From Antedon mediterranea (taxonomy: Eukaryota; Animalia; Echinodermata), in the NCBI RefSeq assembly GCF_964355755.1, contig NC_092677.1, positions 24,725,175-24,789,174 of the forward strand: DNA of 64,000 nucleotides. The letters run 5' to 3'. Under the pieces are notes generated by a model. The model was not told where the DNA came from. It saw only the letters and a program-made list of their open reading frames with translations, and ran no database searches. Of this stretch, positions 23,901 through 35,531 are shown piece after piece (the stretch's first letter is position 1; every line of letters begins with the position of its first letter). Both the position numbers and the translations under genes were made by a program.

Positions 23901-26179
23901 GCCAAGATATACTCTGCAAAAGATAATGTAACCTGTTGAAAAGCAATGGGTTAAAATGAACAAAACGAGTGAAAAAGCACTCCCCGATCTGCTTGGCATG
24001 AAGGCAGGCGCATTACACATTTCATTTACAAATCTACCCACTTAGCGAGTATTTTGACGAATCACCACAGGATGGATCAGAACTGTCGACAATGACAATG
24101 ATTAATTTATCGACCCTTTCAGGGTATGAAAGAACATTCTTTCAACCTTATACACATAACTAAACACTTCCAGACATAAATATTTTGGTCTTATACAGCA
24201 ACATCTAACTAAAACAAATAAAAAATTGTGTGCATAAATTTAGCTAAGTTTGAGAGTTTTTTTTTGGATCTGGTATTAAGTAATAGATAATAAGTCGCTT
24301 GTGATTTGTCAACCTACTTGCGTTAGGCCTACACAAGCGAGTTGACCAATGACAAGCGACTGTTCGAATAATCCGTCGCTTGTGATTGGTCAACTCCTTG
24401 CATTTTTAGAAACAAAAGCTAAAGCAAAAAGTAAACAATGCATACAATTAGATTATATGATCATCACTAGGCAGTTTAAAATTTCTCTCCATTAAAATTA
24501 TATAAAATAAAAATTAAAGTTTAATATTAAAACTAAACCAAATATATTGTTTACATGATTAATAAAGAGATATGTTATCAAATAAATGTTAAACTATATT
24601 CGATACATTTAATATTGATATTCACACAAACAATCTCAAAGAAACTAACAAATCTAAATAAAAACATACTCTTGATAACATTGTATTAAAATGAATATAT
24701 AATGCACATATTACTATATAGTATAATTTATCAATATATAAAAATTACATACAATTATCACTAATGTTAATGTACAAAAGTTATTGTTTGTGTATGAAAT
24801 ATTAATGCATATGCATAATTGTTATTGCATATTTATGAATGTTAATGAATATGCATGAATGTTAATGAATATGCATGAATGTTAATGCATAATTATGCAT
24901 GAATGATAATGTATATATGCATAAATGTTAATGAGTATATAATAATAATTCATTCTTATATAGCGCATATAAGCAAGCTCTCAATGCACTGAACATTATT
25001 ACCCCAGTCATTTTTTGGATCAAACACGTATGGAAACATACTCCCATGCAGCTAGTAATCAGCGCAAAGTTGAAAGTTAATGCATATATGCATGAATGTT
25101 AATGCATATTCATAAATAATAATGCATATATGCATGAATGTTAATTTGATCGGAATGTTTATTTGTTAAAAAAAATGTTTTTATACACATAGAACATCGT
25201 TTGGAATAAACTCTTTTCCCCTCCCCTCCCCCCCCCCCCCACCAAATAAATAAACGCCCCACAAATTGCACATATCCACAATATATTACTTATATTTAAC
25301 ATTTATATTTGTAGTAGAATTCATAATCTACAATTCAACAACAATTTGAAACAATTTTTACTGTATTTTATCACTTTTTGATAATTGATTGTGCTGAACT
25401 TTTTCAAATTTAGGGAGAATTTATTTGATTATACATGTTACCATATTACGCTAACAAAAATAAACGCCGCTCTCAAATAAACGCCCATCTAAAAACCCTC
25501 CTGAACAGTAATCACCTCAGGGTATTTATTCGAATAAATATGGCATACATATCTTGTATTCAATATTAGTATTCATTTAGCAATTTGTGAATGTCCATAA
25601 TTGTTGACTAAAATAAGTCTTTTTATCAAATTGATTAATTTGAGGATCTTTATAATGGTCTACATCATCTTTATGAAATAATTTTAATTCAATTATTAGT
25701 AATATCAATTAATCTACTACAAACACTAAATAAATAATATATAGGTTTCAATTTAACATAGAAATAGACATCGTTTCCTGCAAATGAAATCACCACTTTG
25801 TAAAACATTTAAAATAGTATGTATTGGAATGTGAAAATAAAATACATGTATGGAATGTATTTGGAATTAATTAACTTTTTTTAACCTGGTTTCCATAAAA
25901 TTGATACGCTGATAAACAAAGGGACCTATAAACATTTCTCAGTAAAATCTTTGTACTGGAATTTGAACATAAACTACTTTGGATAAACATACGTACATTC
26001 ATGTATTTCGAATTTCTTAAGCCTGGTTTCCATAAAATTGATAAACATGTTGAGGCAATCAGAAAGGCATTAAACCAATTCAACTTTCGAAGAATCAGCT
26101 TGCCATCCTGCCATCACAGATTCCAATGCAATAGAGCAATACGTGAAGCAATTTGTTGAAAAGTTTAACTAGCAGTTTC

Positions 26180-26529
26180 TTAACCATAGGTAATATGGTT
26201 TGGATTTGGCGAGTAGTAAGAAGGTGGGGACTGTGAGTAATCTGGGGGAGGTGTCTCTAATGAAGATTTGTACTTATCTGGTTCGTCCATAACGGCAGTG
26301 TACGACGGTGGAAGGTCTTGGGAAGGGGCGGGGGGTGCCGATGGTGATGTTGGCACATTTGTGGTAGGTTGTAACTCAACGCCAGCATTTTCAGGTTGGG
26401 CTGTAGTATCATTATTTTCTGCCGGTGGTGGACTACTCTTCTTCTTGTGGCATAAACAAGCATAACACCAGTACAAGCCAACGAACGACCCAATCGTAAT
26501 ACCTGCAATAGCGCCACCAGATAATCCTC
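26180..26529 (-). CDS. Gene E terminal exon: TM + PSAP/PPxY cytoplasmic tail
   Basis: Near-identical paralog of 17222-17565; aacag acceptor, TAA at 26180. Confidence 0.9.
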
Positions 26530-27023
26530 CTGTTATATAAAGATAGAGATACTAATCGATTCATTTGTTTATCATCATTAAAATGTATAATATATACGAA
26601 TTAGGATTCGTTTTATTTGTTTTTTTGTTTTTTGTTCATTTACATTTTTGTTCATTTCATTTCAATTTTTTTTGTTTAGTTTTGTAATTACATTTTTTGT
26701 AATTACATTGTGGTCTAGTTTTGATTTTTAGCTTAAAGTGGTGATACTTAATAATTACACATGTCGCGGATTCGAACACGAACGTACTAAGCATTGATAT
26801 CAATGACCATGGCGTTTTACTCAGAGACAAACTGTGACATAACATGGTCGCTGAGACGTCAAATTACTGCTATATTTTACCTTTTTATCCTTAAATTTCA
26901 GGAAAGTGACATAGCATATCGTTTATCAATAAACATCAGTGTGCCAAATGTGAGCACGTACCGTTCAGTGGTTTTGGAGGAGATACGTAAAATACGCAAA
27001 AAATTTAGTAGCATTAATATATA

Positions 27024-27362
27024 AATCCAAAGGCAAATAACTGAAAAAATGACAATGCTGTGGGTATCAGTGGCTGGATCTCAATGGATACAAAAAAAAA
27101 GCGAAAAGCTAAATCAAAACGATAAAGTAAAACAGCCAGAAAAGTTAGCAGAGCTTTCGGGCAACACTAGCCCTTCATCAGTGCAAGTGAATTTGGATAA
27201 CGTCATAGTATAAGAGCTGGCAAGTGCTGCCTGGGTGGACAGGAATAAAAGAAATACAACAAAAGGAGACAGGGTGGAGTCTGAATAAGAGTAGAAAACA
27301 AAGAAGGTAGCTTGGTAGAGATATAAACAATTTTGGAATGAAACTAAAAAACAGCTTAAATG
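27024..27362 (-). mobile_element. Non-coding Penelope-type (pLTR-like) retroinsertion carrying a hammerhead ribozyme
   Basis: Flanked by the 16-bp direct repeat GTAGCATTAATATATA (27008-27023, 27363-27378); homologous to 58899-59064 and 62392-62499. Confidence 0.78.
27148..27184 (-). ncRNA. Minimal type I hammerhead ribozyme
   Basis: GCA-CUGAUGA-A-GGGC-uaguguu-GCCC-GAAA-GC-UC^UGC: canonical core, stems I and II pair, palindromic AGCU stem III. Confidence 0.8.
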
Positions 27363-27393
27363 GTAGCATTAATATATAGACATTGTTTCGTAC

Positions 27394-27741
27394 CTTTTTT
27401 ACATTTTACAGCAACATCTGAAGAATGTGAACAGTAATACGCAGGCTCAGATTGACAATCACTTAGTAGATGATGGTCATAATCCTGATTACAATCAAAG
27501 GCTACTGAGTGAACTGGTCGGTCATCAACTACAAATGTATTGTAATTGTAAGCCTCTATCATCTCACCACCGCCTTGGTATCCTAGTTGCTCGCAAAGAG
27601 TTTCGGTCTCAGGCTCACCCCAATTAGTAGCACACATCTTCCCCCAAAGACCGTATAAAAATACTTCTACTATTCCCTCATTGGTGTTATCATCGTACTG
27701 TCCCACCAATCGTGCATCCCCATGATCATAGCTTTGATCCT
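27394..27741 (-). CDS. Gene E SRCR exon 3
   Basis: 348-nt phase 1-1 exon, paralog of 17935-18285. Confidence 0.9.
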
Positions 27742-27762
27742 CTGTAGAAAGAACAAATTTAA

Positions 27763-30700
27763 GAGCCATTGTCTGTAAAAATCAAAGATTTGGTGGCAGA
27801 TGTAAAAAAATGGATTTCTCTCAAATTTTTACCATGAATAGACATTTCAATAAAAAGCATATCTACAACATTCATTTTAATTTTTAGCCTCCGTTTCCAT
27901 GACAACGGTCAATTATCCAAATTTTGATGTTTTTGCCATTTTTCACAGATTTTCTATAGTGAAAAAGTACAAACTTGTATACTTATTTTAACCAAAAATA
28001 CTTACAGTATACAGTTTTTGTTTATAGCAGTGTAAACAACATGTATTATGTTCCATTTAATGTAGAAAAAAAATAAATTACAAAATGGAGTTTGGTTGAT
28101 ACCATTATTTTAAAAAGGGGTGTTTTTTAAAAATATTTTTTTTATAAAAGTATACCTCATAAACGTACCTATAACTTCCAAAGTGGTGTTTTTAAATCAA
28201 TGAGGTTTTTTAATTTGATAGTAAATAGGTGTCTAAACAATAATCACGAAAAAAACACTGGGGTAAATTTCGTACATAGGTTTTGTGTTGCCAAGAAAAT
28301 ACAAAAAATATAACAAAATATCAACAAACAAAACACATGAAACACAATTTAAATATGGCTAATCCAATAATAAAATGTATATGTGGCTTGTCATAATGCT
28401 ACTAGAGTCATACGAATAGTTTAGATAAAATAGGAGAATGTGTTGCCAGGTTTATTTCAATTAATTGCCAGAAAAACAGTATTTTGCATTGAAATATTTA
28501 GTTGATGGCAAATAATGTTAAACTTGGAAATAATTGCGTCAATGGTTTTTATAAATTTTTAAATCTATTTTGTGTAAAGAGATACAGAAAGACCTCCAAA
28601 AAAATCTGACCTTGTAAATAGGTCATTTGAGGTCAAAAGGGGTCAGAATGCAAAACAGGACAGGTCCCCACTTTACTACAACTATTAATGTTTGATCAAA
28701 ATTTACAGGATAGTTCATAACAATTCTCAACAATTTTCATATTTTACCTATAGTGTTACCTTAACAACCATTTCTATGTGTAACTAAGGAAAGTAATTTT
28801 TTTTTTAAACGTAAAAAATGGCGTTTTTATAAATACAAAGAATTGATTGCATTTGTAATTTTTCTCAATTTTACTTCTACTGCATTCCATTAATGACAAA
28901 CTTGACCTTGTAAATTCATTCATTTTGAGGTCAACATTTTACCATAGTAACTGTTTCTATGTGAAAATTTCAAAAAAATAAGGGGTTTTTCAAAAATACA
29001 AAACATTTTTTCTACATAGTTTTACATTTCTACTTTTTGCCAAATTTACTTTAAATACTGAATCCCAATAATCTCAGAAAGAAAGTCTTGACGAATCTGA
29101 ATAAAGGTAAAAAAATTACCTTTAGTGTTATCTTAAACCTGTTTACGTAACTAATGATATTTAAAAAAAAATTAAATATGGAGTTTTCATGAAAAAAAAA
29201 AATTACATATTGAGGTCAAATGACATCAACATTTTACCTATAGTGTATTGTAGCAACTGTTTCTATACGTAACTAAGTACAATATTTTTAATATGGGGTT
29301 TCATGACTACAAACAATTGATTACATAGCTTTACTACCTTTTCCCAAATTTACTTATCTACTGAATCCCAGAAAATGTCTGACCTTGTGAAAGGGTCATT
29401 TGTTGGGTCAAGTTATGTCAAAATGTATTATTTATGTTATCTTAGAACCTGTTTCTATGCATAACTAAGGATAATTGTTTTTTTTAAATACAGTTTAACC
29501 TCCCGTAAGTGGCCACCCTCGGGACCTGGAAAAGTGGCCGCTTATAATTGTAGGCCTATTATTATTTATAATCAGGTGGTTTAGTATTTTTTAGCATTTT
29601 CAGACAAATTTTAAAAACTTTTATCATATGAAAAAGGGTCGGTCAAAATCTGTGTAGTTTTCTCATCTCTTCACAGTAATGTTTTTAAAACCTCTTCAAA
29701 ATAAAGCTAATATATAAAGAAATACAATAAACAAGCACCTCTAATTCATAGGTTCATGCAATAAGTATCAAATTTTTCGATTGGCCGCTTACAAAAAATC
29801 TCATTTTTTGTATAAAAAGGTGCCCCAGCTGCTTACGGTAAGCACCAAATGCACTAATTAGATAGGAAGAACAAACAGGCTTTTCAAAGTGCGTCCGTTA
29901 TAAGGGAGGTGGCCGCTGTAAATAAAATATGGGGTTTTCATGAATAAAAATAATCACAGAAGAAAGTGCTTACGAATATGACCTTGTGAAACGGTAATTT
30001 GAAAATGCAAATAAGGCATGCCTGCTAATAATCTACAAATTTAAATTTGTATAAGATAAATATGCAAAATCTAAAGAATATCTCAATTTTAGTTACCATA
30101 GTAACTGTTGCTATGTATAACTAAGAGAAATTAAATAATTATCAGATAATTATTAATTAATAATTTATACTGAATCCAACCATCACAGTAAAAAAATATA
30201 GAATTTAAAACCAATATTTAATAATAAAGTGTGATATTTTACATGCTGACCTTAAATGAAATGAAATTTCAAATCAGGGCTTCAATATTTGTTATGTAGC
30301 ATTAACATACCATGAGTATATCATTGACTTTTGATTGGTTCTATTTTGGGGAGGGGAAAGTGGTGGATCCAGGACTTTTAAATAGTTAGGGGGTTGAAGG
30401 CGAGGGTCTAAAAACTTAACTTTATGTCCTATCTTTTGCATTGCAATTTTTAACTTGGGGTGGGTGGGGGCTTGGAGAAAAGGAGAGGGGGTGGGATGGA
30501 GGAGTTTGAATCCGTCTATTCATTAAGGCGATAGCAGCGGCAGTGTGGGTGGTGCTTGAATGCATGCATTTGACACTCTATAGTGGATGATCGACCAAAG
30601 TGTTGCAGTTTATCTTTTTGTGGTTATAGTCGGGGTGGGGGAGGGGCGGAGGGAGGGTGGTAGTCGAAAGTGGTGGTGGATGGGCATGTGGGATCTGCTT

Positions 30701-31558
30701 AGGTTAGTAAATAAAAGAAGTAAACAAATGAAAGAGGAGCTTCAAAATAAGAGAGGAGTAATCTGTTGCAAAGATTAAAATTCACAACGATCTGATAATT
30801 TATTCAAATTTCCAGAGGATATAACCTATAAAATGACATTAAAACTGGGAATTACAGAATCTATAATTAAAAATTATTTTTTTTCTCACAACACAACTAG
30901 AACTATATAAAACATTAAGAATTTTTCTGACCAATGAGTTTCAAATCAAATAATCAAAGAAAATAAAATGTTTTTACTAATATACCATGTTTTTTTTTTA
31001 TAAAAATGCCTATGTTTCTCGCAACACTGCTTGTAGATTTTAAATTTACCCCAGTATTTTATTTTAGAAATCAATTATTAAACATTAGAACTACCTATTT
31101 GTAATAAATCAGCTAAAAAAATACACCACTTTGGGCGTTATGGTGAAGTAAAGTTTAGTTGCATTGAACAATTTTAAAAAAGTGAAAAACACCCCTTTTT
31201 AAATAAATGGTATCTCCCAAAGTATGAAATAAAAAAAAAATAAAAAAGTTTGAAACAGGTAAACAATGCATTGTTATTATGCATACACTAATTATTTTTT
31301 ATAATTAAATGAACAAAACAAAAATATCGTTCATCAAAGTAGTACCAATATCCATTTTAAAAAACCTTAATAAAGGACAAAATTTGTCAAAAACACAAAT
31401 TTGGCCGTTGCCATGGAAATATACATGTGAAAAAAAAAATACTTCATATTTGATTTCTCTCAACACATATATAGCCATGTGCAAAATTTGAAAGAAATCC
31501 ATTTTTTTGAGTCTGCCACTCTTTTTGATATTTCTTTGATTCTTACAGACAACGGCTC
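27763..31558. mobile_element. Non-autonomous DNA transposon, Kolobok-like (TTAA TSD), 3.8 kb
   Basis: TTAA|GAGCCATTGTCTGTAAAAATCAAAGA ... TCTTTGATTCTTACAGACAACGGCTC|TTAA; patchy inverted similarity over about 500 bp; absent from the gene D intron. Confidence 0.8.
29491..29918. mobile_element. Tc1/mariner (pogo/Tigger-like) MITE nested in the TTAA element
   Basis: TA|CAGTTTAACCTCCCGTAAG ... ATAAGGGAGGTGGCCGCTG|TA, degenerate TIRs. Confidence 0.5.
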
Positions 31559-32145
31559 TTAACTACTTAAATTTTGGAATATGCTAGAATGCGACATCTG
31601 GTTTGCTATTTCTATATTAGATAGCACAGTCGAACCACTGCTTTGGGACACCCCTACTCAGGAAAAAAAACACTATTAAAATGACAAATGATTAGCAGGA
31701 GCAATACATACATTTAACTCTCAATGAAACAGCCTGTCATACATTAAAATGTTGTGTGGTTCACTATTTCTATTCTTCTTTGCATCGAGGACTTTTTGCC
31801 TACATAATACGATTCAAGCTAACAACATATTATGTTTTAACTCTACGGCCAACACTCTTTTCAGGGGACACCCCTATTATGAGGATGCTTTGTTGGGTTT
31901 TAAAGGAGCTGTTATAGTGTATACTGCTTCCAAGTTCAATGTGTGTCACTCATTCTCAAGGATGTGATTATGCTAAGTGGAAGCTTCCAATTTATTGTTT
32001 ACATTTTCATTCAGCCTAATTTAAAACAACACTCACAACAATCTCTTGATTATGTAAGGGTTTCTTTATTTCTCCTAACCTTTCTTTTTTCTATTTTGAT
32101 CAAATATCAAAGATTCAAGTTATTCTAGTAACGTTAGTAGCTTAC

Positions 32146-32460
32146 CTTCATCTGTACATTGTAATTTAACAGGTTTATCACAGTAATAATAATATTGTTT
32201 AGTAGGAGTACAGTCCTTCAAGTGACGTTCATATCCTTTACATTCAAATTTGAACTTATAAGAGTAATAGCCGTTACTTATTTCGTTACTAAACGCCAAT
32301 TCATCACTTCCATGGTAGCCAAGCTGTCTACAGGCTACTTCAGCGCTTTGTCTTGACCAATAACCATTGCAAATTCGGCTCCACTCTTCATTTTGGAATA
32401 CCTCTATACGACCAACGTTTGGGTAAATTCCATCAACTAGACGAATTGAATAACTGCTCT
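32146..32460 (-). CDS. Gene E SRCR exon 2
   Basis: 315-nt phase 1-1 exon; IRLVDG..GRIEVFQNEEWSRIC..VACRQLGY. Confidence 0.9.
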
Positions 32461-32990
32461 CTGTTTTATTAAAATAAAATATGATTGGACAGTAACAGTA
32501 AATTGCAAGAACACATTGATACATACTGTACATATGTAGGACGCTGAACAAATTTAAAATAGGCAGTGCTTATGGCAGTGTTTATTTATTCAATTTTTCA
32601 ATACAAAACAAATATAAAAGGCAAGGAAAGACCAAACAGGTGCTAAACACCTATGCTAGTTGGTCAAACCAGAACAGAGCATAGAAATAAACCAAAAAAA
32701 AAAAATGTTCTATAATTAAAGAAGAAAGTGACCAACTACCAAATGGTCTCTAATTCTAGGGGCATTTTCGACATATTTTAATGCCCTTTTTTCCCTTCAA
32801 GCTTGCTCAGGAGGTCCTCATTACCTCTGGACCCCTGGGTTAAGCCAGTGAGTGCTCACAGCTGTTACACCAATGCTTATGGGACCAACCTATTGATGTC
32901 TGTATAATACAGTATGTACATGTTATCAAAGGATATCCCAGTACAAGGGGATAAGAGATGGCACTGGGATGGTGAAGAATAAGTACGAAC

Positions 32991-33305
32991 CTGCAGAACA
33001 TTCCAAAGATACATCTTGCCGATGGCTGCAGTCATGTGGAGTTGTCCTAGATGTACACATATAAAGCCTTGTCTCATCACCATTGCATTTCACGTCATCT
33101 AACACAATCGGCTGATACCAAAATCCATCGTAGCCATATGAAAAAAAATAATCCACAGGTGGGCCGTAACCTAGTTCCCGACATACCACTTGGGCGTTCA
33201 ATAAGTTCCAGCCATTATTACAAACTGTTCCCCATTCTCCATTATGGTATACTTCAAGGCGTCCTATATTGTCTGAAGGTCCACCAGTTAGTCGAATTTC
33301 AAAAA
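32991..33305 (-). CDS. Gene E SRCR exon 1 (canonical SRCR)
   Basis: 315-nt phase 1-1 exon; GRLEVYHNGEWGTVC..PIVLDDVKCNGDE..HDCSHRQDVSLEC. Confidence 0.93.
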
Positions 33306-33452
33306 CTGTAATAAAAAAAAAGGTTATAAAATATGTTGCTGAACTATATTCACCCATCCTGATAATATTTAAAGAAACGTGATTTGTGTACACGTCAGCC
33401 AAATTTAAAACAACACTAACTCACGTAGTAACCGGTACATAGTATTTTGTAA

Positions 33453-35376
33453 AGCTCTGTCTACACTATGGGTATTGACAAACTGCAAGCCATGGATTCA
33501 TTGGAGTCAGTGGCGTCGGCCCACGTTAATTGCAATTCAAGCGAGTCAGTAAGTGTAACTGCACTATTGTACCAAAAGTGCGAGGCACCATAAAACATAT
33601 TAAATAATTTAATATAAATTAGTACGTTCATATGAAACATTAGAGAGGAGTAATTATAAAATAAAATCATTATTGTATGTTATGTTGTTCTAAACATACC
33701 CTACTACAGTCAACTCTCCCAATACCGGACTCTCCCAAAACCGAATTCACGAAAAACCGGACTTTTTTGGAGGGCCCAATTTGTCCCTATTCTAAATGTA
33801 CTGTAATTTATTATGAAAACCGGAATACCCAATTCCGGACAAATTATGAAGTACAAAACACGAAAATTAGCGTCTGAAAACCGGACTGACAGTTAAAAAA
33901 CTCCACTCCGTTAACCCACGAGGCGGCAATTGCTTTGTTGCGTATCGAACTGCGGTGGGCTTTTTCACATCGAAGCGCTATGTCTTAATGTCTATTGTTT
34001 TTAGCAGGGAGTTGTTAACAACTCCCTGTTTTTTAGCATATGAATTGTTTTTTAATAAAGTTCAATTTACATTCCACTTTGTGTCTTTGTTTTGTTTAAA
34101 TTATTGTTAAATTCACAATTGCAATAGGACTTTAAAAAGGAATGTTTCACTAAAAATGTGCATCATTATAAATTTAGAAATCATTATGGCAAAACATAAA
34201 TGGAATGAACTTGACTTAACTAGTGTTAATAAACTTTGAAATGTTACCAATTAATTATTGTGTCATTATTGCTTGGCTCGTTTACCTAATCAATTTTCAT
34301 CATTGCTATCAAATTACGTCAAAATAAAGTAGCTTAAAAAACATGTGGTCTAGGTGTGGGCGTTTTTATTTGATTATGACACCTCTGCACATGCGCATCA
34401 ATCAAAGCCCTTCACCCATGCTGCTGCTAGCTAGCTCACGAAAAACAATAAACAGACCGAAATTATGTTCACCGTACGTACGTACGTAGGCCTTTTTGCC
34501 GTTAAAAACACATTGAGAAACAATAATTTACTATTGTAACATGTTTTATTGGTACAGTAAATAATGTAACTTTTAAAAGGGGTAAATTGAATTAGCTTAA
34601 TATTAATAAAGTAGGCCTAGGCCTATCAGTATTTATTTAATTAAAACTAGATTGACACAATCATAGCCTAGCCCTAGGCCTTCCCTACGCTAGGAGACCG
34701 TACCGGGCAGCATTCGGACCGGTGATTCAAAGCATTTTCAGTGACAACGTGATGACTTTAAAAATATGTTTTCAGGAAACCGGACTTTCGAAAAACCGGA
34801 AAATATATGCCCGCCCAAGGGTGTCCGGTATTGGGAGAGTTGACTGTACTACTGAAATAAAGTCCAGCCTGCCTGCTGCATGCTCCCTTCTTGTTGGTCT
34901 CGCTTGTAGTTATTTTTTTCAAAATGTTCCCCGCCGGCCCACCACACAGCCCAGGCCTAGTCTAGCCCCTAATACAATATAGGGCTTCCTACTAGATGAT
35001 ATTTTGTTGAAAAAAATACATTTCACAAGACTTAGATTTAAAATATCTGTAATCTACTGTATTCGTCCATTGACAGCGTTGATAAAGAAGCTACTGCTAG
35101 GCCTAGACCGTACTAGGCATACAGCGAATAGCCGTCTCTACTCCGGCGGGCGGGCTACAGTATACTATAGGGCCTAGGCTAGCTAGCTAGGCTTCTTAGA
35201 CGGTGACCAGGCACCACCTAAAACTAACTGTAAACATCGAAGTCGCATCTGGATATTCGAAATTGTTAACATAATTACATTAACGGTAGGTACACACAAA
35301 TATTAACAAAGGCTTATTATTATTCGAAGGCTCGCACTTTTGTTGTCACAGAAAGCTTTATAGTGTAGACAGAGCT
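33453..35376. mobile_element. Long non-autonomous element with AGCTCTGTCTACACTA TIRs (PIF/Harbinger-like)
   Basis: AGCTCTGTCTACACTAT ... ATAGTGTAGACAGAGCT with TWA flanks; interior does not resemble the short MITE copies. Confidence 0.65.
33707..34846. mobile_element. Tc1/mariner (pogo/Tigger-like) non-autonomous element
   Basis: Perfect 24-bp TIR CAGTCAACTCTCCCAATACCGGAC with TA on both sides. Confidence 0.88.
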
Positions 35377-35476
35377 TTACCTACGACAAGTGTGATTGTG
35401 TACAGAATGGTGTGACAACATTGTTTGTGTAGAAAGAAGGCCTTTACAAACAAAAATATCAATTATTAATCTTTAC

Positions 35477-35531
35477 CTGAATAAACTGAAATGATAAGTG
35501 ATAAAGTGAGTGCCACTCGCAATAGTAGCAT
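35477..35531 (-). CDS. Gene E signal-peptide exon
   Basis: Same 55-nt sequence as 20319-20373, MLLLRVALTLSLIISVYS. Confidence 0.87.
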
